Part shown: positions 7,658 to 17,432 of the stretch, one piece after another
Layout of the letters: each line of letters starts with the position of its first letter
How positions within the stretch are numbered: position 1 is the stretch's first letter
DNA from: a virus
IMG/VR virus record: IMGVR_UViG_3300045988_156369
Strand: one strand, 5' to 3'
DNA: 64,000 nucleotides
The notes under the pieces: generated by a model
What the model was told of the DNA's origin: nothing
Database searches by the model: none
The model's input: only the letters and a program-made list of their open reading frames with translations
Made by a program: the position numbers and the translations under genes

Positions 7658-8641
7658 TTATTGGGTGAAATCATAGGCGGACTGGGCAAGGGGCAGGCAG
7701 TGAGCACGCAAAATCTGCCAGAGTTTGCAATCCGGTTTTGTGCGGGAGAGGAGTTGCAGGGCGCGATCCCTGGACATATCGCGGTGAGCAAGAGGGTAGT
7801 TTTGAGCCAGAAAGTTGCGATGGGATTCATTGTTGGTGAAAAGAAGCTCGGTACCGGGGTGAGTTTCCGTTAAGTAGAAGTAGGGGCCGGTAACTTGCAG
7901 GCGGATGCCAGCGGACGGAGCACAGTAGAGATCGAGGGGAGAATCATCCTTTGCTAAGGTGTAGCCCTTGCCGAAATAAGAGAGCCAGCGGTGGACGTTG
8001 GGACCCCAGGGGCAGACGGTGGGCGGCGGCATGAAATCATTGCCTTCCCAAACGTTTGGGGTAAAAGTTTCATCATAGGGGTAAGGACAATCCTGTTCCG
8101 GGGTGAGAGGCGGGGTGTAGATTAGAGGCGGATAGGCGGGCGTGGTGGTGCAGATAGCTTCCGGCGGAACGGCTGCACCTTGGGGCAGAGGAGTGAAATC
8201 ACAGGCTTCGGTTGGATAGGAATAGCCGGACGAAGAATGAATGTTTTTGGTTTTGACCTGGCGATAGACGGTACGGAGCTTACCATCCTGATAGAGGTTG
8301 CCAAAGATAAAATCGTTCTGACTGACAAAGTAAAGAGTGCTGCGATCGCCATTGAAACAGAAAACAGCAGCGGCAGTTTGGTCGGCCAGGTTGGGACGGG
8401 GGATATCCGGGGCGGCGTGATCAAAATAATCCTGGAAGCTTGTCCAGTTTTTGAAATAGAACGGGTAGTTGGGATTGGGAGAAAAATCAGAACAAATGCC
8501 CTGATAGGAACCGTAGTGAAGATGGGCGCAATCCGAAACAAGATTGACAGTGATGTTATTGGCACGCTTACATTTGATGCCATGATAAGCGCAGTGACAG
8601 CAGTGAAGCTCTTCATCGTAAAGTGGATTTGTGGCGGACAT
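7658..8641 (-). CDS. hypothetical Cys-rich protein (327 aa)
   Basis: Long ORF with RBS. Confidence 0.7.
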   Translation of the reverse strand: MSATNPLYDEELHCCHCAYHGIKCKRANNITVNLVSDCAHLHYGSYQGICSDFSPNPNYPFYFKNWTSFQDYFDHAAPDIPRPNLADQTAAAVFCFNGDRSTLYFVSQNDFIFGNLYQDGKLRTVYRQVKTKNIHSSSGYSYPTEACDFTPLPQGAAVPPEAICTTTPAYPPLIYTPPLTPEQDCPYPYDETFTPNVWEGNDFMPPPTVCPWGPNVHRWLSYFGKGYTLAKDDSPLDLYCAPSAGIRLQVTGPYFYLTETHPGTELLFTNNESHRNFLAQNYPLAHRDMSRDRALQLLSRTKPDCKLWQILRAHCLPLAQSAYDFTQ

Positions 8642-8745
8642 GGAAAAACCCCCTTAATCTCAATTTGGCGATAATAAATACGATAAGAAGCGTTTTCGCT
8701 ACAAATAAAAAACATTCCATCTGCTCATTCGTTTCCTTTCTGACT

Positions 8746-9165
8746 TCAAAGGTCAAACCACCAAGGAGTGGAACGCTCTTCCCCTCCCTGTTCTACTTTT
8801 TGCCAAGGCGTTTCGGATTTGCCGTGAACCTGCTCGTCAAGGCGTTTGCTGCATTCATCGCACAATGAACCATAGGGAATATCCCATAAGGGTGTTGTGA
8901 TAAGCTGACCACAGCAATCGCATCTCTTTCCTTCTTCTACCTCCGCAACCTCTTTCATAAAGTTGACGGTCTCTGCATCACCAGTAAAAACCAGTGGTGT
9001 CAGTTCTGCTTCTGTGCGAACGACACGAAGCAAAGTAAAAGGAGAAGAAAAGTCCCAAGGAATATCGACAGAACGTAAAGCATCGTAAATGCCGTTTCCT
9101 TTTGAATTAGAAACAGAGCGAAGTTGCGAATAAACTTCATCCTCGGTCAAATCCACTTTTGCCAT
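8746..9165 (-). CDS. hypothetical protein with CxxC..CxxC zinc ribbon (139 aa)
   Basis: CDCCGQ...CDEC. GAAAGGAG RBS. Confidence 0.7.
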   Translation of the reverse strand: MAKVDLTEDEVYSQLRSVSNSKGNGIYDALRSVDIPWDFSSPFTLLRVVRTEAELTPLVFTGDAETVNFMKEVAEVEEGKRCDCCGQLITTPLWDIPYGSLCDECSKRLDEQVHGKSETPWQKVEQGGEERSTPWWFDL

Positions 9166-9166
9166 T

Positions 9167-9916
9167 TTATTCTCCTTTCAGAGAACGAAACGCTGTGCGT
9201 ACTCGGTCGAAGAACCCTTTCTTTGGTGCGGGAGCCTTTTCGCGTTGGCGGTACAACCCGTTCATGGACTCATCCAGATTGTTAAGCTGATCGCTCAACT
9301 CGCGGATGCTTTCCGGCGTAGAGAACTTCTTTACGATGTCCTTGTCAGCCTTTTCTTTGACAACGGCAACCATCTTATCCAATGTTAAATCGCAATATTC
9401 ATCCGTCCAATCGCCGATGAAATAAAAGCGTTCTACCACGGTTCTTGTTGCGGTATCTTGGAAAGTTCCAAAAAGAATGGGGTCTTTTTCTCTTTTGATA
9501 GCCTCGACTCTTCGCTCCTCGCGCTTTGTGTAATCCGTGAAGACTACATATATCTTATCGAAAATACCCTTGCAGCATTCGATTTTCTGAATGATTTCTT
9601 CCGGAATCCGCCGCTGATAATTCTCCAGCTCCACAATTTTAACGACCTTGTTGTCTACCATGTGGATAAAATCGTCCACATCACTTTTGTAGACAAAGGT
9701 ATCAATGCCGAGGTCAAGCAGCTTCTTTTCTCGTGTGATATTGTCGATGTGGAAAAGCAGCTTTTTCTGCGCAGCAATTTGTCCGGAACGCTGATACTCT
9801 TCGAGAAGAGCAAGGCAGTTCTCATATAGCTGAGAAAGTCCAGCAGCCGTCATTGTCTGCTTTCGGCTTTTTACCTGTTCGAAATATTCGGCAGGAGAAA
9901 CGGTTGTATTGTTCAT
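9167..9916 (-). CDS. hypothetical protein (249 aa)
   Basis: Long ORF, 1-nt spacing to the next gene. Confidence 0.72.
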   Translation of the reverse strand: MNNTTVSPAEYFEQVKSRKQTMTAAGLSQLYENCLALLEEYQRSGQIAAQKKLLFHIDNITREKKLLDLGIDTFVYKSDVDDFIHMVDNKVVKIVELENYQRRIPEEIIQKIECCKGIFDKIYVVFTDYTKREERRVEAIKREKDPILFGTFQDTATRTVVERFYFIGDWTDEYCDLTLDKMVAVVKEKADKDIVKKFSTPESIRELSDQLNNLDESMNGLYRQREKAPAPKKGFFDRVRTAFRSLKGE

Positions 9917-9937
9917 GATATTTTCTCCTCTCTGCCT

Positions 9938-11074
9938 TTAGACGGCGTAGTGGATATCGCGGGAGCGGGTGCGGCGGAAGGCGAGAGCGGCGGGAGTGGT
10001 GGATTTGATCTGGGCGATGGCATCATAGCAAGCCTTTTCATCCGGGTCAGAAAGTTCATCATCGGAGATGTGGCGGTATTCAAATGTGAGGTCCTTGCCT
10101 TCAACAAAGGGAGTGCCGGAGGTTTTATCAAACTGAACGGAATCATTGTTGTAGGTGACTTCGAAGATAAAATCGCCGTTTTTGTTAAAGAAGCGAACGT
10201 ATTCTTCCGAGGAGGGATCGAAGAGATCACGGCGGACATTGCTGGCGGTATAGACAACGCCGTTTGCGAATTTCATGGTGATGTTATAGTGCTCAGCGTT
10301 GAGGTTGACAATGTTCAGATCCTTGATGGCTTCCGTGAAAGGCAGGCCGGTGTTGAGTTCAAAGGCGATGGAACGCAGGCAGTCATAATTGAGGTCAACG
10401 CGACCGGCAAAACCGATGACGGCATCGATCTGGTCATAATATTCCGGCTTGAGCTTATCCTGCATGTAGGTGCGGATTTCATCTGCGGTGGGGTAATCGA
10501 AGCGGAAGTGGTAGTGGAAGCGGCCGGGGCGGTTGACGAGGAAATCATTGAGACCTTTGAGATCATTGCAGGTGACGACAAAGAGGCGTTTGCCGTTGGA
10601 GGTGCCATCGAACAGGGAGAGCATGGTGGACTGAGGATCGGTTTTATCATTATCGGAGGGATGGGCGAAAGTTTTATCGAATTCATCAAAGAGGATCATG
10701 ACTTCCTGGTCGATAGATTCGAGGTAGGAGGCGATGCCGGGGATGGCTTCATCGACAATAAGGACGGGCAAGCCGGCAGAGATGGCGCGGGTGGAGAGCA
10801 AGCGAGCGAACATGGACTTGCCGATACCTTTTGCGCCGCTGAGGATGACGCCAAGAGAACGCGGGAAAGCGTTGTAGGACGCTATGACTTTTTCGACCTT
10901 GGATTCATGCGGGCCATAGACAGTTTCGTTGACCTGCATATTGGGGCGGGATTCCAGATAAAAGCCGCTGAGCTTGGAGAAACGGACGCAGTAGGTGGCG
11001 GCGGGCAGGGAATCAAAGGTGCGAAGGGAATCATCGTAGATCTGGTACTTGATGCCGGTGTTAACGATTTTCAT
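9938..11074 (-). CDS. AAA+ family ATPase
   Basis: Walker A GAKGIGKS, Walker B ILFDEFDK, followed by a sensor-like region. Confidence 0.75.
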   Translation of the reverse strand: MKIVNTGIKYQIYDDSLRTFDSLPAATYCVRFSKLSGFYLESRPNMQVNETVYGPHESKVEKVIASYNAFPRSLGVILSGAKGIGKSMFARLLSTRAISAGLPVLIVDEAIPGIASYLESIDQEVMILFDEFDKTFAHPSDNDKTDPQSTMLSLFDGTSNGKRLFVVTCNDLKGLNDFLVNRPGRFHYHFRFDYPTADEIRTYMQDKLKPEYYDQIDAVIGFAGRVDLNYDCLRSIAFELNTGLPFTEAIKDLNIVNLNAEHYNITMKFANGVVYTASNVRRDLFDPSSEEYVRFFNKNGDFIFEVTYNNDSVQFDKTSGTPFVEGKDLTFEYRHISDDELSDPDEKACYDAIAQIKSTTPAALAFRRTRSRDIHYAV

Positions 11075-11169
11075 AAATATGTAACTCCTTTTGATTTTTG
11101 TTATAGAACAATGTTAAAAATAAAACAAGGTGGTGGAAAATATTACAAAAATGGGAAGTGGTACGATTA

Positions 11170-11571
11170 TCAGTACGGGGCTTCGAGATTGCGGGGGTCA
11201 TAGGGGGTGTAAGTGATTTCGATTTTGCCGGGGCAGGTACAGGTTTTTCCATTGACAAAATACTGACGCCAGTAGTCATCGTCACATTCGCCTTTGGAGG
11301 TAATACGGAAGGTAAGGGAAGGGAAGGAGCGGGAGAGGGCGATCATATCGTTGGCGACATCGAACGGACATTCGTTTTCGGGGTCGAAGGTAAGGATATC
11401 GTTCTCGTCATCATAAAAATAGGCGGAAGGATCGAAGGGTCTGAGGCAAGGGGAAGCATCAGCGTAAAGGGTTTGGAGTTCATGCTGGATGGCACGGCGG
11501 GTGGGTTCCGGGATGAGAGTGGGGTCGTTATCGCGGAAGACATCGAGAGTGTAGCGGTTGAAGTAGGACAT
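11170..11571 (-). CDS. hypothetical protein (133 aa)
   Basis: ORF with AAGGAG RBS. Confidence 0.65.
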   Translation of the reverse strand: MSYFNRYTLDVFRDNDPTLIPEPTRRAIQHELQTLYADASPCLRPFDPSAYFYDDENDILTFDPENECPFDVANDMIALSRSFPSLTFRITSKGECDDDYWRQYFVNGKTCTCPGKIEITYTPYDPRNLEAPY

Positions 11572-11588
11572 AGAATCATCTCCTTAAT

Positions 11589-12029
11589 TTAAGATGCAGC
11601 GGCGGAATCGGTAAGGGATTTGAACATTGTTTTGGGAAGGCCGGGGGTAGATTCCTGACGGGAAATCCACTGGCGTTGGTAGGAGACAACACGGGGATAA
11701 TCAGCAGCGGGGGAAACAAGTTTTGGGGTTTCGATGTTCTCAAAGACACATTCCGCGATGATCTGCAGGATTTCCGGCAAGGTGGTATCAGAACCATAGG
11801 CGGAGACAAGACCGCGCAAAGAACAGTAATAAGGCTCGACGGCCTGTTCCAGCTGACGGATGGTGTAGGCAGAGAGGTCGATCGTTTCGGCGGCAACGGC
11901 ATAATAATCGCGGTAGGGAGAAGCCGATTTGGAGTAAAAAGGAACGATGTCAGTGAACTGGTATGTAGTGGGAGAGAGAGCGCGGCAGTACTGGCGGGTG
12001 TCCGGGTCAGTTTGGAAAAATTGTTTCAT
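11589..12029 (-). CDS. hypothetical protein (146 aa)
   Basis: ORF with RBS, co-oriented with its neighbours. Confidence 0.65.
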   Translation of the reverse strand: MKQFFQTDPDTRQYCRALSPTTYQFTDIVPFYSKSASPYRDYYAVAAETIDLSAYTIRQLEQAVEPYYCSLRGLVSAYGSDTTLPEILQIIAECVFENIETPKLVSPAADYPRVVSYQRQWISRQESTPGLPKTMFKSLTDSAAAS

Positions 12030-12043
12030 GGGGGGTGGTCCTT

Positions 12044-12361
12044 TCAGGGGGTGGTGAGAGGCTGGATGAGGGAATCAAAAGAGATGGAGGAAATGGGGAT
12101 GGACTGTGGGGAGGAAGAATAACCGACAAGAGCACAGATAGGGAAGTAAAAAGGGACACCATAAAAAGAATACGATCGTTTATCAGATGTATGGTGAACC
12201 TCTTTTACAACATAAGAGTTACCGCAGAATCGTTTCATGCTTTTCAAAATGGTGATACGCGGAGTTTTAATTTCGCCACTTTCATTCAAACCGTATTCTT
12301 CTGCCATGTCATCCCATGTACGGATGGTGACGATATCATCGGGCTGAGGGTTGAAATTCAT
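12044..12361 (-). CDS. SFDDLL-tail small protein paralog 1
   Basis: N-terminus DDIVTIRTWDDMAEEYG; C-terminus ISFDSLIQPLTTP. Confidence 0.75.
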   Translation of the reverse strand: MNFNPQPDDIVTIRTWDDMAEEYGLNESGEIKTPRITILKSMKRFCGNSYVVKEVHHTSDKRSYSFYGVPFYFPICALVGYSSSPQSIPISSISFDSLIQPLTTP

Positions 12362-12657
12362 AGAGTGGCTCCTTTCAGAAGGTCATCAAAGGTGAGAGAG
12401 GATTCAAAGACGGGTAACACAAGAGAACAGACAGGAAAATCATAGTTTACATCCGCAAAAGAGCACCAGGAGCCAACAGCGGTAGTGGTTACACGTTCAA
12501 CAGTGTAGAAATGACCGCAATATTGTTTCATACTTTGAAAGATGGCGATAGGAAGCGTTGGGATATCCCCATAGGAATCAGTGCCAAACTCTTTTACCAT
12601 ATCATCCCAGGAGCGAATCATAACAAAATCACCGATTTGAGGAAAATACGAACTCAT
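12358..12657 (-). CDS. SFDDLL-tail small protein paralog 2
   Basis: GDFVMIRSWDDMVKEFG; tail LTFDDLLKGATL. 4-nt overlap with its neighbour. Confidence 0.78.
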   Translation of the reverse strand: MSSYFPQIGDFVMIRSWDDMVKEFGTDSYGDIPTLPIAIFQSMKQYCGHFYTVERVTTTAVGSWCSFADVNYDFPVCSLVLPVFESSLTFDDLLKGATL

Positions 12658-12974
12658 TATGTGGCTCCTTTCATAAGATCATCGAAGGAAATGGTAGAAG
12701 TAGGAACAGATGGGGCTAAAACGAACATGTCTTCAGTAAAAGGGAACCAGCTGCCGTTTAATCCATAAATCCAATGTTTATCGTTAATGGATGGCCGGAC
12801 ATATTCAACTTTGAAAGAGCGACCGCAAAACTGTTTCATATTATAGTCAAGGGTTACATAAGGGGTTTTAATCCCTAGTTGTTCACCCAGGCTGCCATAT
12901 TGAGAGAGCATATCATCCCAAGCGCGGATGGTGACCGTATCACCAGGCTGAAATCTGTGAGGATAAGACGGCAT
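12657..12974 (-). CDS. SFDDLL-tail small protein paralog 3
   Basis: GDTVTIRAWDDMLSQYG; tail ISFDDLMKGAT. Confidence 0.78.
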   Translation of the reverse strand: MPSYPHRFQPGDTVTIRAWDDMLSQYGSLGEQLGIKTPYVTLDYNMKQFCGRSFKVEYVRPSINDKHWIYGLNGSWFPFTEDMFVLAPSVPTSTISFDDLMKGAT

Positions 12975-12977
12975 AGG

Positions 12978-13382
12978 TTAAGCACCACCTTGAAGTAAAT
13001 CATCGAAGGAAATGGAAGAGGGAGGAGTAGGCACGGGGGAGGATTCCATAAGAGATTGGTAGGCGGCATAAATTTTTGAAGCGTAATACAGTTTGTCATC
13101 CTGGGTGGTGAACTGAAAGAAATTTTGATTGCAGGTCCCCGTGGCAGTGACGATTTGAGGGGAATCAAAATCACCGCGGGAAACAGCAGTAACGTCAGAA
13201 ACAGGACAGAAAATGGAACGACTCCATGATAAGTTCATACGGTAAGCGATGGATCGTTTGCGTAGATCAGAGCTTTGGAGAAAATCATCATAGAGAGCTT
13301 TGCATTGAGCGAAGGAGGGGAAGAGAATTTCTTGGTTAGGAAGGATGGTGGGGTAAAAAAGTTCGATTGTTTCGGGAATCAA
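12978..13382 (-). CDS. SFDDLL-tail small protein paralog 4 (divergent N-terminal domain)
   Basis: Tail SSISFDDLLQGGA. Confidence 0.72.
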   Translation of the reverse strand: MIPETIELFYPTILPNQEILFPSFAQCKALYDDFLQSSDLRKRSIAYRMNLSWSRSIFCPVSDVTAVSRGDFDSPQIVTATGTCNQNFFQFTTQDDKLYYASKIYAAYQSLMESSPVPTPPSSISFDDLLQGGA

Positions 13383-13714
13383 AAGAAGTCACCACCTGAG
13401 AGAAGAGAATCAAAGGAGAGAGAAGAGGGAGGAACGGATGTGGGTTTGGATTGTTCGAACATGGGAGAAGAAAAAATATTAGAAATACCGTCGAGATAAT
13501 AAGAATCAAAAGTTGGAGGTGCATGGCGGCGTACATAAACAATGGGGAGTGTTTGTCCGCAATATTTTTTCATTTGCTCTGTGAAAAATTTTGGGACTTT
13601 GATTTCACCAGATAAGTTCAGACCAAATTCAGCGGCCATATCATCCCACTGACGGATGGTAACTTTATCTCCGACGTTGTAGGTAGGATAATCGGCAGGG
13701 TTAAGAGGTTTCAT
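13379..13714 (-). CDS. SFDDLL-tail small protein paralog 5
   Basis: GDKVTIRQWDDMAAEFG; tail LSFDSLLSGGDFF. Confidence 0.78.
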   Translation of the reverse strand: MKPLNPADYPTYNVGDKVTIRQWDDMAAEFGLNLSGEIKVPKFFTEQMKKYCGQTLPIVYVRRHAPPTFDSYYLDGISNIFSSPMFEQSKPTSVPPSSLSFDSLLSGGDFF

Positions 13715-14100
13715 TGAGGGAGTTCACCTCCGGCAAGGAGTTGGTCAAAAGAGATGGCGGGAGGAATGACGGAAGAGGATTCGTTAAGAGGGGCGAGCAT
13801 GGCGGGTGAGAGGAACCAGTTGTAGATTCCAAATATAGGAGGGATGTTATAAGAGAAAGAGAGAAGAGGATCATCGAACTGGAAGATACGGGGAGAAAGA
13901 TAATATTCATCATTGTCAGAATAGAAAGGTTCGTTTACGATGGTGAGAGTGGCACCGCAGAGGTATCTCATTTCGTCATGAAAGAATGTGTCATCCGGCA
14001 AGTGTATGCCACCAATGGAATCATAATGGCCGATGGAATTGAGTTCATCCCAGGAGAGGATGCGGACGTGTTGGCCGAGGTAGAGGTCTTGGAAGGTCAT
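13711..14100 (-). CDS. SFDDLL-tail small protein paralog 6
   Basis: VRILSWDELNS; tail ISFDQLLAGGELPQ. Confidence 0.75.
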   Translation of the reverse strand: MTFQDLYLGQHVRILSWDELNSIGHYDSIGGIHLPDDTFFHDEMRYLCGATLTIVNEPFYSDNDEYYLSPRIFQFDDPLLSFSYNIPPIFGIYNWFLSPAMLAPLNESSSVIPPAISFDQLLAGGELPQ

Positions 14101-14112
14101 AAAAAAATCACC

Positions 14113-14805
14113 TCATTGATTGGACTGGGGTTTGGGTGCCCAGGAATGGGGCTGGCCATCCAGGATTTGCATTTCCTTGGCGATGGAAGCGATAACGAAA
14201 TCAAGAGAGATGGCCTGACCGGTAGTCTGGCGGCCCCAGTAGGATTTGCCCCAGCAATCAAGAACGACTTCACCGCGGGCTTTGAGCTTTTCACCGAACC
14301 AGTTGGAGACCGCCCACCATTCAAAGATTTCGGGCGGGGTGGTATCGAGGTCATCGTATTCATCGTCGCTGTAGACAGCACCGCAACACTGGCAGACATG
14401 AACAGTTTCGGACTCGCAGCAGGCACGGGCTTGGGTGAGAGTGGGATAAGTGAGGCCGCAGACGGGGCAGATATAGGGGTCCTCAGGTTCCGGGACGTCA
14501 GAATCATAATCCGGGTTTTGGAATTTGGAATCATCGAGGTCCGTGACGTCAACTTCATCAAAGTAGCTGGAATTACCGCACTCGGAGCAGGTTTGGGAGG
14601 AAGCATCACAGATAGCGGATTCGTAATCGGATTCATCGAAAGGAGGATCTTCCGGGATACTAGCGTCATAAGCGAGGGCGGAGAGGATAAAATCCATTTC
14701 CTGGTTCATATTGCAGAAGACTTCGCGGTTGATGAGCTGGTCGAGAATTTTTTGGTTGGGGGTGGAATCGGAAGAATATTCTTTGTCATTAACGGTGTAG
14801 AACAT
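14113..14805 (-). CDS. hypothetical acidic, Cys-cluster protein (230 aa)
   Basis: CSECG, CPVCG and CQCCG motifs. RBS present. Confidence 0.7.
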   Translation of the reverse strand: MFYTVNDKEYSSDSTPNQKILDQLINREVFCNMNQEMDFILSALAYDASIPEDPPFDESDYESAICDASSQTCSECGNSSYFDEVDVTDLDDSKFQNPDYDSDVPEPEDPYICPVCGLTYPTLTQARACCESETVHVCQCCGAVYSDDEYDDLDTTPPEIFEWWAVSNWFGEKLKARGEVVLDCWGKSYWGRQTTGQAISLDFVIASIAKEMQILDGQPHSWAPKPQSNQ

Positions 14806-14837
14806 GGGATCAACTTCCTTTTTTGTATGTAGGGGGT

Positions 14838-15443
14838 TCAGGATTCAAAATCGGGGTGGTCGAGGGCGGTGGCGTTGGAGAAGAAGACATCAACCATATC
14901 CTGATCGGATTCGATGTTATAGCAGCCGCCGCAGGAATCGTTTTCTTCCCACTCATTGGAATCGGGGTTATACTGATAGAGGGTGAGAGTTTTTGCTTCA
15001 CCGTTGAGGTACTGCTGATAGAGTTCAAGCTCACTTTTGATTACGTTCTCAGCATGAGAGCGCCAGTCCGGGGTGGAGTGGCCGAGGTCAGCTACGTTCT
15101 GGCGGGTGCAGACGGCGAAACCGGCAAGGCCGGAATCAAAATCATCATGGAACGGCGTGGTGGAGAGGGCGATGGCGGAGTGAACGTAGGCATAGATGGG
15201 AAGCTTGACGTATTCAGATTCAATGCCGGCTTTGACATCAGGGACAAAAGCGCTGACAGGTTTATCGCCGGAGAAATAACGGTTGGGGGCGATATAGAAT
15301 GTGGAGTAGCAATCCCAATCCGTGCGGGGGTTGGGAGGGAAGAGGTCGGGTTCTTCGGAGATAAAATAAAGATCATTGCCGGATTTGGCGTAGGTGCCGG
15401 TGAGGGTTTGTTCGGTTTGAACGGGGATGGTGAGGGTGGACAT
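14838..15443 (-). CDS. hypothetical protein (201 aa)
   Basis: ORF with AAGGAGG RBS. Confidence 0.7.
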   Translation of the reverse strand: MSTLTIPVQTEQTLTGTYAKSGNDLYFISEEPDLFPPNPRTDWDCYSTFYIAPNRYFSGDKPVSAFVPDVKAGIESEYVKLPIYAYVHSAIALSTTPFHDDFDSGLAGFAVCTRQNVADLGHSTPDWRSHAENVIKSELELYQQYLNGEAKTLTLYQYNPDSNEWEENDSCGGCYNIESDQDMVDVFFSNATALDHPDFES

Positions 15444-15446
15444 ATT

Positions 15447-16850
15447 TCAAGCCTCCTTCTTGGATGCGGATTCAACTTCCGGCTTGGATGCGGCGTTAAT
15501 ATAAGTGTTGACGGCGGCATTGAAGCGATCAAACAGGACGCCGCTGTACATAACAAGGGTTTTGAGCTGCTGTGCGGTGCGGTGATAGCGATTACGGAAC
15601 TGGATATGAGCTTCGTTCCAATCGGTGTTCATGGTTTTATAGACGTTGCGGTAGGTGACGGAGAAGTTGCAGGAGGTATCATAGTAGATAGCAGCGGCCT
15701 TAGCAATTGCGGCATTGATGGCGGCAGCACGTTCATCCAAAAGGGACTGAGAAGGGGCGGGAACGGGCTGTTCATCCAGAACGGAAGTGGCCGGAGATTT
15801 GATGATGCAGGGTTCGGTTTTAATGAGGCCGAGTTCCCGCTGGACACCGAGGGGAAGCTGAGAGTTGGGGTTGGAATCGTTTTTGCGAACGTGCTTGATG
15901 ATGGCATCGTTATAGAGATCGTTCAAAATAGAATCGAAGATTTCACGGTAGGTAGTGGAGGAGCTAATAATTTGGATGGTGGAGATATAAGAAGTGCAGG
16001 CGTGAGATTTGCGGTAGTTGATGCGCTCCTGCTCCTGGACAAAACCGTAATCGCGTTTCATTTTGGCGTAGATCTGGTTGAGGATATCGCGGCGGGAGGG
16101 GTAAAGCTCCGGGGCGTTGCGGATGATTTTATCCATGGTCTGGTAGACTTCATCACGCCAGGTGACGGGGGCGGATACAGGTTTTGAGGTTACAGCAACA
16201 GAGACATTTGACTTTTGCGGGGCAGGTGCCGGGGTGGATTCGTTTTTGGGGCTGGGGGCAGGTTCATCATGGACGGCATAATCCTTGGGGGTGACGGTGA
16301 CGGGCTGCGGGGCAGGCTGCTGAGCGGGGACAGCACCGGCAAAGTGGTTGGCGAGGGCAGCGAGGGTGGAGGTCATTGTGACCATGCAGCGGGCGGTTTC
16401 GGCCTGGGTTTTGAGGGTGGAATCAACGAGGGCCTGGATGGTTTGCATAGCTACGGCGGAGGTTTGGTCCGGGGTGGCGAGAACGCTGCGGCCATGGTAA
16501 AGAGATTCCATAACGTCCCATACGAAGTCCATGAATTTATCCGCGTTGGGCTGGCGGGAGAAGCGGCAGATTTCCATAACACCGCGGAGGGTGTAGACAC
16601 GGGTATTTCGATTTACCCATCTATTTCCTTCAACACCCCCCAAAGTGAGGGTTGTTGAAAGTGGATCAAGACGGTCTTTATTTCGATCATGAATTTGCTG
16701 AATAGCATCATCAGCTTTTACATAGCCTAGTGCTTCACCAATCTGACGCCTCGTCATATAAAATTTGTTTTCAATGGCATCATCTTTATAGAAGTTGCAG
16801 GTGAGGGAGCCAAAAGGCTTTTGGGTAACGAGGGTAAGATTTTGAGTCAT
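15447..16850 (-). CDS. Bro-N/ORF6N-type antirepressor-like DNA-binding protein
   Basis: From the internal ATG at 16850 (GAAAGGAA RBS): FGSLTCNFYKDD..FYMTRRQIGEALGY...RVYTLRGVMEICRFSRQPNADKFMDFVWDV, typical of phage antirepressor N-terminal domains. Confidence 0.7.
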   Translation of the reverse strand: MTQNLTLVTQKPFGSLTCNFYKDDAIENKFYMTRRQIGEALGYVKADDAIQQIHDRNKDRLDPLSTTLTLGGVEGNRWVNRNTRVYTLRGVMEICRFSRQPNADKFMDFVWDVMESLYHGRSVLATPDQTSAVAMQTIQALVDSTLKTQAETARCMVTMTSTLAALANHFAGAVPAQQPAPQPVTVTPKDYAVHDEPAPSPKNESTPAPAPQKSNVSVAVTSKPVSAPVTWRDEVYQTMDKIIRNAPELYPSRRDILNQIYAKMKRDYGFVQEQERINYRKSHACTSYISTIQIISSSTTYREIFDSILNDLYNDAIIKHVRKNDSNPNSQLPLGVQRELGLIKTEPCIIKSPATSVLDEQPVPAPSQSLLDERAAAINAAIAKAAAIYYDTSCNFSVTYRNVYKTMNTDWNEAHIQFRNRYHRTAQQLKTLVMYSGVLFDRFNAAVNTYINAASKPEVESASKKEA

Positions 16851-16899
16851 TTTGAAAGTTCCTTTCTGTGATATGGGATAAATGGATATTGGATATTTG

Positions 16900-17055
16900 T
16901 TATGCTTTGACGGTGTTTTTGCGGGTGAGTTCGAGGACGGTGCAGAACGGGGCGAACCAGCCGCCGCCCGAATAGAAGGCGTGCGGGGTGGAGGGCTGGC
17001 ATTCATAGCAGACAGTGCCGTTGATGATAGCGAGGGTGTAGGTAAGTTTGGTCAT
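16900..17055 (-). CDS. small hypothetical protein (51 aa, below the ORF-track cutoff)
   Basis: ATG at 17055 preceded by GAAAGGATC. Translates as MTKLTYTLAIINGTVCYECQ...TVKA with stop TAA at 16900-16902. Confidence 0.45.
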   Translation of the reverse strand: MTKLTYTLAIINGTVCYECQPSTPHAFYSGGGWFAPFCTVLELTRKNTVKA

Positions 17056-17090
17056 AATGGTTGATCCTTTCTGATGGTAAAAATAGATTC

Positions 17091-17366
17091 AAAATAAAAC
17101 AGGGAACAAGCTGGTGGGAAACGGTCTTCTTGAGTGGATCGATGATTGGACTTGTGAAGAACGTATGAACGTAGTTTTGGTTTTGTGACAAGTCTTTTGA
17201 TGTCAACTCGAAACCGTATGGAGGCGCGTCGTCTGCAGACGACGCCCGTGATCCAGGAGGGGGAGGAGGTAACAAATTCGAACTCTTGGATATAACCGAA
17301 GAGTGAAAGCATGAACTGAAATATAATCAGCAAATGATTCTATACCTTGTTAGGCTGTTTTATTTT
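17091..17366 (-). ncRNA. Structured RNA element, copy A
   Basis: 12-bp perfect terminal inverted repeat (17091-17102, 17355-17366). Hairpin 17282-17304 is ACUCUU-C-GG-UUAUAU-CC-AAGAGU, then UCGAAUUUGUUACC, the C-rich run CCUCCUCCCCCUCC, and CUCCAU. Confidence 0.6.
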
Positions 17367-17432
17367 TAAGGTTGATAGTTGGGGCACGGCGGGGTGTGGT
17401 CGGCAAAATCGGCCATGGAAGCGCCGTGGTAT

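Noticed and set aside
9950-11203. Very long ORFs antisense to annotated genes. Examples: 9950-11203 (+), 14823-16187 (+), 33272-34483 (+), 48360-49517 (-), 50014-51183 (-), 58234-59949 (-).
   Set aside because: They lie entirely opposite genes with recognisable motifs or good RBSs. They have Gly/Val/Ala-rich low-complexity translations typical of shadow frames, and they lack ribosome-binding sites.
17250-17307. Reading the conserved hairpin block on the plus strand as a group I intron core. CAAATTC resembles J3/4-P4, and GGATATGACC resembles the S element.
   Set aside because: The segment forms one continuous hairpin with no P7 partner (no GACUA/UAGUC pair). It is antisense to every flanking gene and does not interrupt an ORF. 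The genuine group I introns in this window (44885-46669) look different.
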